Source of the DNA: Prevotella sp.
GTDB taxonomy: Bacteria > Bacteroidota > Bacteroidia > Bacteroidales > Bacteroidaceae
Assembly: GCA_017548605.1 (NCBI GenBank)
Contig: JAFYZT010000045.1
Coordinates: 4,332-68,331, forward strand
DNA length: 64,000 nt
Direction: 5' to 3'
Shown: positions 1 to 7,910 of the stretch, piece by piece
How positions within the stretch are numbered: position 1 is the first letter of the stretch
How the letters are laid out: each line of letters starts with the position of its first letter
The notes under the pieces: generated by a model
The model's input: only the letters and a program-made list of their open reading frames with translations
Database searches by the model: none
Told to the model about the DNA's origin: nothing
Position numbers and translations under genes: made by a program

Positions 1-326
1 ATACCTTGTTTCATGGCATACCGCTGCACATGGCCAACGCCCGCGATCGATGATAACTGATGCATCATGCTGTCATCAAGACAGATGGGGTTATTGCCGC
101 TCTCCTGTAACGACAGGAAATCGCTCACGGTGATATGGCTGCCGAAACCGACCACCTTGTCGCGAATGGTATGCTTGAATCCGATGACCACGCACACAGA
201 GATAATCATCACTGCCAGACCGATGGCTACGCCCCACATGCCTATCTTGATGGCGGGGCGACTCACCTTACGGGTGGCGGTGTGGTCTTTGTTGATGCGA
301 CTGGCAAGGAAAAAGGGGAGGTTCAC
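1..326 (-). CDS. FtsX/LolE-like ABC transporter permease, N-terminal part (continues beyond left edge)
   Basis: Not in the ORF track (no stop in window). Manual minus-strand translation from GTG 326-324 gives VNLPFFLASRINKDHTATRKVSRPAIKIGMWGVAIGLAVMIISVCVVIGFKHTIRDKVVGFGSHITVSDF... This is a basic N-terminus, a first TM helix and then a periplasmic loop, as in LolC/E-type permeases. Confidence 0.6.
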   Translation of the reverse strand, partial: MNLPFFLASRINKDHTATRKVSRPAIKIGMWGVAIGLAVMIISVCVVIGFKHTIRDKVVGFGSHITVSDFLSLQESGNNPICLDDSMMHQLSSIAGVGHVQRYAMKQG

Positions 327-387
327 TCTAGTAATGTTTAGGGTTGAGTGTAGAGTGTTTTGTATTCACTCTGACACCTTTTCTTCT

Positions 388-415
388 CCCTCCCTTTGGG
401 AGGGTCGGGGTGGGT
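388..415 (+). repeat. REP-like unit (CCCTCCC hairpin plus G-rich tail)
   Basis: ccctccctttgggagggtcggggtgggt. Confidence 0.85.
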
Positions 416-418
416 TCC

Positions 419-1621
419 TCACGTTGTTTGTCTTCCGGGATAACTTTCCAGAGCTTTGCGGAGCACGATGAGGGCATGCACCAAATCTTCTTTCTTCAGC
501 ACGTAGGCGATACGTACCTGGTCGATGCCCGCACCAGGGGTGGTGTAGAAGCCCGAGGCGGGGGCCATCATCACCGTGCAGCCTTCATAGGTGAACTCCT
601 CGAGGCACCAGCGGCAGAACCGCTCGGCATCATCGACAGGCAATTTGGCCACGGTGTAGAAAGCACCCATGGGAATAGGGGAATAGACGCCGGGTATGCG
701 GTTCAGACCGTCAATCAAGCATTTGCGCCGCTCCACATATTCGTCGTACACCTCGCGGTAATACTCTTCGGGAGCGTCGAGTGAGGCTTCTGCCACTATC
801 TGACCGATAAGCGGCGGTGACAGACGGGCCTGGCAGAATTTCATCACGGCAGCGCGCACGGTGGCATTCTTCGTGATGAGGGCGCCGATGCGGATGCCGC
901 ATTCGCTGTAACGCTTCGACACAGAGTCGATGAGGATGACGTTCTGTTCAATGCCTTCCAGGTGGCAGGCACTGATATAAGGCGAGCCTGTGTAGATATA
1001 TTCGCGGTACACCTCATCGGAGAAGAGGTACAGGTCGTATTTCTTCACCAGGTCGCGTATCTGGTTCATCTCCCTGCGGGTATAGAGGTAGCCCGTGGGG
1101 TTGTTGGGGTTGCATATCATGATGGCGCGGGTGCGCTCGTTGATGAGCTCCTCGAATTTCTCTACCTTCGGCAGTGAGAAACCCTCGTCGATGGTGGTGG
1201 CGATGGTACGTATCTTCGCACCTGCACTGATGGCGAAGGCCATATAGTTGGCGTAGGCAGGTTCGGGAACAATAATCTCGTCGCCAGGATTCAGACAACT
1301 CAGGAAGGCAAAGAGCACCGCCTCGCTGCCGCCCGAGGTGATGATGATATCTTCGGGCGTGACGTGAATGTTGTATTTCGCGTAGTAGCCTACCAGTTTC
1401 TCTCGGTAACTCAGGTAGCCCTGCGAGGGGGAGTACTCCAGGATTTCGCGGTCGATGCTCTTCAGTGCCGCCAGTCCCTCTTTCGGTGTGGGCAGGTCAG
1501 GCTGGCCTATATTCAGATGATAGACCTTGGTTCCGCGCTTCTTGGCAGCCATGGCCAGGGGGGCGAGTTTGCGGATAGGCGATTCGGGCATTTCTACGCC
1601 GCGAAGTGATATGTCGGGCAT
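419..1621 (-). CDS. PLP-dependent aminotransferase, class I/II (aspartate/aromatic type)
   Basis: 400-aa ORF. Motifs NIGQPD, NPNNPTG and SVSKRYSECGIRIG (Schiff-base Lys context) are typical of fold-type I aminotransferases. A -7 box lies upstream at 1719-1727. Confidence 0.9.
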   Translation of the reverse strand: MPDISLRGVEMPESPIRKLAPLAMAAKKRGTKVYHLNIGQPDLPTPKEGLAALKSIDREILEYSPSQGYLSYREKLVGYYAKYNIHVTPEDIIITSGGSEAVLFAFLSCLNPGDEIIVPEPAYANYMAFAISAGAKIRTIATTIDEGFSLPKVEKFEELINERTRAIMICNPNNPTGYLYTRREMNQIRDLVKKYDLYLFSDEVYREYIYTGSPYISACHLEGIEQNVILIDSVSKRYSECGIRIGALITKNATVRAAVMKFCQARLSPPLIGQIVAEASLDAPEEYYREVYDEYVERRKCLIDGLNRIPGVYSPIPMGAFYTVAKLPVDDAERFCRWCLEEFTYEGCTVMMAPASGFYTTPGAGIDQVRIAYVLKKEDLVHALIVLRKALESYPGRQTT

Positions 1622-1718
1622 TGGTTGAGTGTTGAGTGGAAGTTAAGAATTAAGAGTTGAGAGTTAAGCAGATACGCCTGTGGGGTATAGTCTTTGCTCC
1701 TTGCTCCAAAATTTGGGT

Positions 1719-1727
1719 GCAAAGGTA
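1719..1727 (-). promoter_or_regulatory. Bacteroidota -7 box (TAccTTTGC)
   Basis: Plus strand reads gcaaaggta, about 95 nt upstream of the aminotransferase start. Confidence 0.5.
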
Positions 1728-1776
1728 ATTATTTTTCGTGTAATTAGTGTAATTCGTTGTGGAAATTATTAGTTGT

Positions 1777-3885
1777 TCAAAAAAACATCGTCACCTTCAT
1801 CACCACATTGCGGCCCATGTTGTAAACGCCCCGACGACCTGTCACGGGGTTCACATCGGCATATTTCAATCGGCTCAGGTGGCTCTGATAGGCGCGGTCG
1901 GTCAGGTTGGTGCCACTGACGCTCACCTCGGCCCATTTCTTACCCTTCACCATGATGTCGGCTCCTGCGGAAAGGTTCAACAGCGTGTATGCTGGTGTGG
2001 CGGTCTCGGTGCCATCGGCCTCGTAGTAATGACTCTGTCGGAAATTCTGGTCCACTTCGAACGACAAATAACTGTTGTTCAACACCTTGCCATGGTGGTT
2101 AATTTCCCATTTCACTTCCGACAGCCAGCGTGGAGCAGGGGTAAAGGGCAGCCAACGACGGTCTGCGGGCTGGTGCATCTGTCGGGCAGAGACCATCGAG
2201 AAACTGTTGCCAAAATGGAGACTGTGGATAGGGTGGAAATCAATCTTGGCCTCCAAACCCATCAGCAGGGCGTCACCTTGACGGAAAGCATACACGGCAT
2301 GACCTTCGTCGGACAGCTCGCCCGTCTTGCTGGCATAAATATAATGGTCGATGCGGTTGGCGAAAAGGGCCAGTTCGGCACCTATGTAATGACTGCTATA
2401 GTCCATGCCGAGGTCTGCCTGCCAACTGTTTTCTGCCTTCAGCGACGAGTTGCCCAGTTCATAGCGCAACGTGCCTTCATGTTCGCCGTTCGAGGCCAAC
2501 TCGCTCAGGTTGGGAGCGCGGAAGCCGCGGGCAAAATTCATGCGGATGTTCAACTGTTGACTGGCGTTGAACACCGCACCCAGACTGCCGCTCAAACCGT
2601 TGAAGTGGCGGTGGAAAGACTCGAAACGCACTTCTCCCTCTTCTTCCAGCCGCTCGCTGTGCAACCAACGACGGTCAACGCGCAGACCACCATTGACGGT
2701 CCATTTGTCTATCTGTCTGGAGGCTGTGGCCGACAAGCCGATGTCGAACAGGTGATAGGCGGGAATGAGAAATTCCTCACCTTTGTTCAACGAACGTTGG
2801 TACATGCCGTTCAGGCCGAAGTTGTAACGCCACCCTGAATGTTCTTCCGACAGATAACGGAAATCATAACCTAATGTGTGGGTCTGGAAATACAACCCAT
2901 ATTCATCGGCCGACTCCTCATATTCCTGACGTTGGTTCTGCTGGTACGACAAGTTGGCTTTCAACTGGCTTTCGCCGATATGCAGACTGTTGTCCCACAC
3001 GGCCTTGTAATGCTTCACCTGTTGGAAGGGTAAAGCCTTGGCATAGGTCTTCACATCGTCGGTAGTACATTCCAACGCACCTGTCTCCTCGTCGCGCTCG
3101 CCTTCGACAATGCTTGGCGTGAGGTGGTAGTAACTCAACGTCAGACGGCTCTGGCCCCAATGACGCATCACGCCGAACATGCCTTTCACAGCTTGCTCGC
3201 GAAACTGCGAACCAGCCACGTAGCCGTCATACTTGTTTTTGTAGGCATGGGCCCACTTACCACTGTAGCGGATGTCCCACAACCACCCTTTCTGGTTGCC
3301 GCCAAAACGGAGGGAATAGTCCACCAGACCATTGTTCGTCTGATATTCGGTGGAAACGTTGCCACCCATCTCACCCTCGGGCAGCAAGGGTGTGGTGTGG
3401 AGGATGACCACACCGGCCAAGGCATCGGAGCCGTAGAGCAGACTGGCGGGACCTTTCAGAACTTCCACGGAGTGGACACTGGCACCGTCAACCTCCAGAC
3501 CGTGTTCGTCTCCCCATTGCTGGCCTTCCTGACGTACGCCGTCAACACTCACCACCACACGGTTGTAGCCCAATCCGCGTATCACGGGCTTGCTGATGCC
3601 GCCACCAGTGGTAATCTGCGACAGTCCCGGCATCTTGGCGATGGCATCGACGATATTGGTCGAGGGGGTCTGGCGAAGGTCTTTGCTGCGGAGAAGGCTC
3701 ACGGCGGAAGGGGTGTGTTTCAATTTGGTGTCGCCGGTGACACCGGTAACCACCACTTCGTTCAGTTGCAGATGTCGCCAGAATATGTCGGTGCTGTCAG
3801 TGACCTCTTGGGCCGAGCTGTTGAGAGCGATGGAAAAGAATAATAAGGTACCATAAATGGTGGTACGTATATTTAGCTTGTTCAT
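1777..3885 (-). CDS. TonB-dependent receptor
   Basis: Plug-domain motifs are present (VVVTG..., IRGLGYNRVVVSVDGVRQEGQQWGDEHGLEVD) and the C-terminus ends MKVTMFF. The ORF-track start 4074 is probably too long; Met at 3885 gives the signal peptide MNKLNIRTTIYGTLLFFSIALNSSAQE. Confidence 0.85.
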   Translation of the reverse strand: MNKLNIRTTIYGTLLFFSIALNSSAQEVTDSTDIFWRHLQLNEVVVTGVTGDTKLKHTPSAVSLLRSKDLRQTPSTNIVDAIAKMPGLSQITTGGGISKPVIRGLGYNRVVVSVDGVRQEGQQWGDEHGLEVDGASVHSVEVLKGPASLLYGSDALAGVVILHTTPLLPEGEMGGNVSTEYQTNNGLVDYSLRFGGNQKGWLWDIRYSGKWAHAYKNKYDGYVAGSQFREQAVKGMFGVMRHWGQSRLTLSYYHLTPSIVEGERDEETGALECTTDDVKTYAKALPFQQVKHYKAVWDNSLHIGESQLKANLSYQQNQRQEYEESADEYGLYFQTHTLGYDFRYLSEEHSGWRYNFGLNGMYQRSLNKGEEFLIPAYHLFDIGLSATASRQIDKWTVNGGLRVDRRWLHSERLEEEGEVRFESFHRHFNGLSGSLGAVFNASQQLNIRMNFARGFRAPNLSELASNGEHEGTLRYELGNSSLKAENSWQADLGMDYSSHYIGAELALFANRIDHYIYASKTGELSDEGHAVYAFRQGDALLMGLEAKIDFHPIHSLHFGNSFSMVSARQMHQPADRRWLPFTPAPRWLSEVKWEINHHGKVLNNSYLSFEVDQNFRQSHYYEADGTETATPAYTLLNLSAGADIMVKGKKWAEVSVSGTNLTDRAYQSHLSRLKYADVNPVTGRRGVYNMGRNVVMKVTMFF

Positions 3886-3973
3886 GTGATAAATCGTTTG
3901 AATGGATAATTTGATGATGGTCTGGCGGACCGTCATCTTGAATGATAAAGGAAAATGGGGTGGGAGAAACGAT

Positions 3974-4321
3974 TTATCGCACGGGGGGAGCACGTAAAGA
4001 GATGACGATATGGGCACAACGCCACACATGGTCGATGGGTTGGATAGGAGCCTTGTGTCTGTCGTTGATGGCACAAAGGGTCATCATGGCGATGGGCAAC
4101 AAATAGATGAGGCTCAGGAAATGACAGAACACGCAGTCGAGGGTAGGACTTGCCGAGGCGTTGATGTGCGCTACGTGGGGCAGATGAGCCGCGCACTCCA
4201 CACATTCGTCTTCAATGGCAGCCTCCGTGGCGTGGTGGTGAAAAGACGACAACAGCAAAGCTGGCAGGAATACCGCCAACAAAAACCATGATACGATGCC
4301 GTTGCGCCTATTTTTAATCAC
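3974..4321 (-). CDS. small His/Cys-rich membrane protein (possible metal-binding partner of the downstream TonB receptor)
   Basis: 115 aa with an N-terminal TM helix, an HHH run, two CxxC motifs (CVEC, CVFC) and a second hydrophobic segment. Own -7 box at 4325-4333, directly upstream of the receptor gene. Confidence 0.5.
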   Translation of the reverse strand: MIKNRRNGIVSWFLLAVFLPALLLSSFHHHATEAAIEDECVECAAHLPHVAHINASASPTLDCVFCHFLSLIYLLPIAMMTLCAINDRHKAPIQPIDHVWRCAHIVISLRAPPVR

Positions 4322-4324
4322 GCT

Positions 4325-4333
4325 GCAAAAGTA
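4325..4333 (-). promoter_or_regulatory. Bacteroidota -7 box (TActTTTGC)
   Basis: Plus strand reads gcaaaagta, immediately upstream of ORF 3974-4321. Confidence 0.5.
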
Positions 4334-4414
4334 ATGATTTTTTCCATAATACGATTACAATTAAATCAAAAAAGAAATAATAAGTTTTTCTTTCGCCCAT
4401 TCATAATATTTTTG

Positions 4415-4422
4415 TAATTTTG
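4415..4422 (+). promoter_or_regulatory. Bacteroidota -7 box (TAatTTTG) for DUF4494 gene
   Basis: taattttg. Places the ~150-nt repeat 4453-4608 in the 5' UTR. Confidence 0.5.
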
Positions 4423-4452
4423 CTCCCCGAAATCTTAGTTTATTAAAAAAAC

Positions 4453-4608
4453 GGAGTAAAATAGGAAGTGAAAGGAAGTAAAATAGGAAGTTAAGCACTT
4501 CGTGCAGGACAATAGACTTGAAAGGGTAAAAAAGTAAAAGTAGTGGGCGGAGTAATGTCCATTTTAACTTCCAATTTAACTCCCATGAGCGAAGCGAATT
4601 AACTCCCC
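4453..4608 (+). repeat. ~150-nt repeat, copy A (5' UTR of DUF4494 gene)
   Basis: ...aggaagtaaaataggaagttaagcacttcgtgcaggacaatagacttgaaagggtaaaaaagtaaaagtagtgggcggagtaatgtccattttaacttccaatttaactcccatgagcgaagcgaattaactccc. Confidence 0.85.
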
Positions 4609-4635
4609 CTATAACTCTAAAAACATAAAAATACA

Positions 4636-5094
4636 ATGAGATCAAGAACAGCCATTTGGTTTGAAACCAAAGTGAGGTATGAGAAGACCATCGACGATGG
4701 TTCACAGAAGAAAGTAACGGAACAATATACGGTCGATGCATTGAGCTTCACCGAGGCCGAGGCAACCATCATCGAGGAAATGTCGTCGTATATCAGCGGC
4801 GAATTCGAGGTGTCCGACATCAAGAAGGCTACCTATAAAGAGGTGTTCTTCAGCGAGGCTGCCACCGACGACCGCTGGTACAAACTGAAACTGCAGTTTA
4901 TCACCATCGACGAGAAGACGGAGAAGGAGAAACGCACCAATAACTATTTTCTGGTACAGGCTGCCACACTGCATGGTGCCGTTAAGTATATCGAAGAGGC
5001 TATGAGCAAGACCATGATTGACTATGTGATTGCCCAGGTGGCAGAGACACAAATTATGGATGTGTTTGAGCATCAGACGAAGACAGAGGGCTGA
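4636..5094 (+). CDS. DUF4494-family protein
   Basis: 152 aa. The N-terminus W-FETKVRYEKTIDDG-QKKVTEQYTVDALSFTEAEA-IIEEM matches my memory of the Bacteroidota DUF4494 family. Confidence 0.75.
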   Translation: MRSRTAIWFETKVRYEKTIDDGSQKKVTEQYTVDALSFTEAEATIIEEMSSYISGEFEVSDIKKATYKEVFFSEAATDDRWYKLKLQFITIDEKTEKEKRTNNYFLVQAATLHGAVKYIEEAMSKTMIDYVIAQVAETQIMDVFEHQTKTEG

Positions 5095-5096
5095 GA

Positions 5097-5127
5097 ACCC
5101 ATCCCCAGCCCCCTCTCAAGGAGGGGG
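5097..5127 (-). repeat. REP-like unit, inverted orientation
   Basis: acccatccccagccccctctcaaggaggggg. Confidence 0.8.
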
Positions 5128-5168
5128 TGAAGAGGAGTGGGATACAATGAGTGACAAGTGACGAATGA

Positions 5169-5843
5169 ATGATGCAAATGATACAGGAAAACCTACAGCA
5201 TATTAAGGAACAGTTGCCTAAGCACGTCACACTTGTGGCAGTCAGCAAGTTCCATCCCAAGGAACGACTGATGGAGGCATACAATGCCGGACAGCGCATC
5301 TTCGGCGAGAGCCACGAACGGGAGATGACCGACAAATACGAGTCGTTGCCCGATGACATCAAATGGCACTTTATTGGTCACTTGCAAACCAACAAGGTGA
5401 AATACATCGCACCTTATGTGGCGATGATAGAGGCCGTGGACTCGATAAGGTTGTTACGCGAGATAGAGAAACAGGCGGCCCGTCACAACCGTGTCATTCC
5501 TGTACTCCTTGAACTGCACATCGCTCAGGAAGCCACCAAATACGGACTGACGCTTGATGACTGCCGGGCGTTGCTGAGTGATGGGGAATGGCGCACGATG
5601 AGCCATGTGAGCATCCAGGGCTTGATGATGATGGCATCGTTCACCAACAACCAGGAGCAGATACGACGTGAGTTCCTCACCGCGCTATCATTCTTCGACG
5701 AGGTGAAACGCGACTATTTTGCCGGCGACGACAATTTCTGTATCCGCTCCTGGGGCATGAGCGACGATTTCCTCATCGCCGTCGAGTGTGGCAGCACCAT
5801 GGTGCGTGTGGGTACTTCCATCTTCGGACAGAGGGAGTATTGA
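5169..5843 (+). CDS. yggS: YggS-family PLP homeostasis protein
   Basis: 224 aa with VAVSKFHP (PLP Lys), HFIGHLQTNKVKY and a C-terminal VRVGTSIFG; alanine-racemase N-terminal-like fold family. Confidence 0.9.
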   Translation: MMQMIQENLQHIKEQLPKHVTLVAVSKFHPKERLMEAYNAGQRIFGESHEREMTDKYESLPDDIKWHFIGHLQTNKVKYIAPYVAMIEAVDSIRLLREIEKQAARHNRVIPVLLELHIAQEATKYGLTLDDCRALLSDGEWRTMSHVSIQGLMMMASFTNNQEQIRREFLTALSFFDEVKRDYFAGDDNFCIRSWGMSDDFLIAVECGSTMVRVGTSIFGQREY

Positions 5844-5858
5844 GTGTCGCAATCAATC

Positions 5859-7748
5859 TTACCTGAAAGTCCTGAAGTTGTTGTAAATCATCGAATGGAT
5901 CAATATACTGGAATTCACGTTGTCAGGTTCCTTTTTCGCAACGGCTAACTTATAGGATAATTCGATAATTGCCAGAACTTCTAATGAATTGATGCCAAAT
6001 AACCTAGTAAATAATTTGGTTGTCGATATTTCTGTAAGTTGATCCAATCGGATGCGAGTGAACTGGTTAACACCACAATAGTCGGTCTGGAAGATGCCGC
6101 GTGTGCGAGTCTTGTTGAGATGCTTGGTGAATGTGGGATATGTTTTGGCTGCACACTCTGAATAGTTGGGCAACGGCCAGGGATCCCAGAAATAGGCATT
6201 GCAGGCATTGAAAATCCACGTTGTGTCGCGTTTTGCGGCACAGCCGTGCATCATGTCGATGAATTTCCTTTTCTTCAATTGCACAAACTCATTGATGGTT
6301 TGGCCTTCTTTTTCCTGTCCCCATTCATTCTGTGTGTGTGTCTCGGCTACTTCTTTACCGTCGGGGCGCATGAGATAATCATCCTTGACGGCAATATAAC
6401 CGGCCAGTTCGCCCCAATCGACAGTTTCTCCATCTTCGGTGGGTTTTTCGAACATTACCATCACTTTTCTGCGCAAGTCCTTCATCTTCATGTCGCGCTT
6501 AAAAGTTGCTAAGCAACCTTTATTGAGGAGGTGCTCCTTGATTTCCGTAACTGCTTTTTTGACACATGCTGGTCGGTCGAGGTCGGACGAATCGAAGTCT
6601 AATGCTGTTAAATCGTCAATCAGTGGGGTGAAAATTTCAGATAAGTACCAACCGAAAATTTTGTTTTTTTCTGGCGAAATCCATACGATGGCGCCTTCCT
6701 GACTGCCTTCTGCGGTGACCATTTCAACGATGTCGTCCAGTGCATCAGTGAACTCCGTGTTGCAGTCCAGACAATCATGGAAACAATAGTTGGCGGTATT
6801 CGAAAACCTGTTGCGGATGCGGAGGTCGAACACGCGTACTCCCCGCCGAAACTGTTCCTTCAAATCTACGGCTTGCGAAATTCCGAAGGGTGTCATGACT
6901 TTCCTGATGTTGTATGTGGTACAGTCGTGGGCAGAGGGGATACAGAGGTTGCATATCAACTCTTCATCGTCCACTTTAGACATCCAAGAGTCAAGTTCGA
7001 AGATGGATTCCGCGTTATTGGCAGCTACACTTTTTTTGGCTGCAAAGCAGGCCGGGGCGGCAGACAGAGGATTGCTCTGGGCGGCAGACAGAGGATAGTT
7101 CTGGGCGATGTATTCCTCGTCTTCTGGGTCGGGATAGGAGTAGTAGTCTGTCTCGTCGCTTTGGTCGTTCTCGCTTTCCATCCTGGCCGTTATCTCTTTG
7201 TTTAACTGCTGTATTTTTGCCTTGTCGGTTTTCGTTTCATCAAAGACCTCCTTGCTGAAAGCTAAATAGGAGTCGGCATTCCCATTAACATTCACACATA
7301 GGGAATCGTTGTCGACGCGTTTGATGGAATAATCGATGGAGGTATTGTCCAGCTTTACCGTTCTTAATTCAGGGTTTTGGGTGTAGAAGGCGGTAGTGTC
7401 GATGACAAGATGTAGCACCTCGTTCGATGTGCCATTTGTCGTATTACTGACAACTTGGTAAGTGATGGGCAATGAGAACTGCGCATACTTGTCGGCCTCT
7501 TGGTCGTAAATCCAGAAACCGAAAGACGAGGCCTGTTGCTGTTCCGACAGCTTCAGTTCTACGAAGCCAATGTCGTAATCTGTGCCATCGAGGTCTGCAA
7601 GCCACGAACCGGCCACCTGCTTGGTGAGCTGTGTCATGTATTGCTGCTGGGGTGTCAGTGTCATCTCTTCGTCTTCACTGCATGCCGCCATCATGCCTGC
7701 CAGCAGTGTGAATATTGTCCAAAGTGACAAAAATATGTTTTTTTTCAT
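5859..7748 (-). CDS. lipoprotein with PI-PLC X-domain-like phosphodiesterase region (tentative)
   Basis: Met at 7748 gives the lipobox signal MKKNIFLSLWTIFTLLAGMMAAC. The central IPSAHDCTT ... GVRVFDLR segment resembles the catalytic His/Arg context of PLC-like phosphodiesterases. Confidence 0.65.
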   Translation of the reverse strand: MKKNIFLSLWTIFTLLAGMMAACSEDEEMTLTPQQQYMTQLTKQVAGSWLADLDGTDYDIGFVELKLSEQQQASSFGFWIYDQEADKYAQFSLPITYQVVSNTTNGTSNEVLHLVIDTTAFYTQNPELRTVKLDNTSIDYSIKRVDNDSLCVNVNGNADSYLAFSKEVFDETKTDKAKIQQLNKEITARMESENDQSDETDYYSYPDPEDEEYIAQNYPLSAAQSNPLSAAPACFAAKKSVAANNAESIFELDSWMSKVDDEELICNLCIPSAHDCTTYNIRKVMTPFGISQAVDLKEQFRRGVRVFDLRIRNRFSNTANYCFHDCLDCNTEFTDALDDIVEMVTAEGSQEGAIVWISPEKNKIFGWYLSEIFTPLIDDLTALDFDSSDLDRPACVKKAVTEIKEHLLNKGCLATFKRDMKMKDLRRKVMVMFEKPTEDGETVDWGELAGYIAVKDDYLMRPDGKEVAETHTQNEWGQEKEGQTINEFVQLKKRKFIDMMHGCAAKRDTTWIFNACNAYFWDPWPLPNYSECAAKTYPTFTKHLNKTRTRGIFQTDYCGVNQFTRIRLDQLTEISTTKLFTRLFGINSLEVLAIIELSYKLAVAKKEPDNVNSSILIHSMIYNNFRTFR

Positions 7749-7910
7749 CGTCGTTCCTTTCTGTTTAAATGATATCTTCTTCTTCGTCAATAGTAGTCGA
7801 TTCGGGATCGGAATAGGGATCCAGTTTCTGGAAATGTTCAAAACTATTTGCCATGAGTTTGGGCCTTATCATGTGGAAGGCTATTGAAGTGGGCTTTATA
7901 TATTGTTTTT

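Noticed and set aside
388-415. REP-like hairpins as ordinary rho-independent terminators
   Set aside because: The stems are followed by a G-rich tail, not a U-tract. Many copies lie inside operons, or even inside ORFs, in both orientations.
4361-4741. ORFs 4361-4741 (-) and 14088-14324 (-) share the peptide VNSLRSWELK-KW and might look like a small protein family
   Set aside because: The similarity comes from translating the ~150-nt dispersed repeat (copies A and B) on its antisense strand. The third copy does not maintain the ORF.
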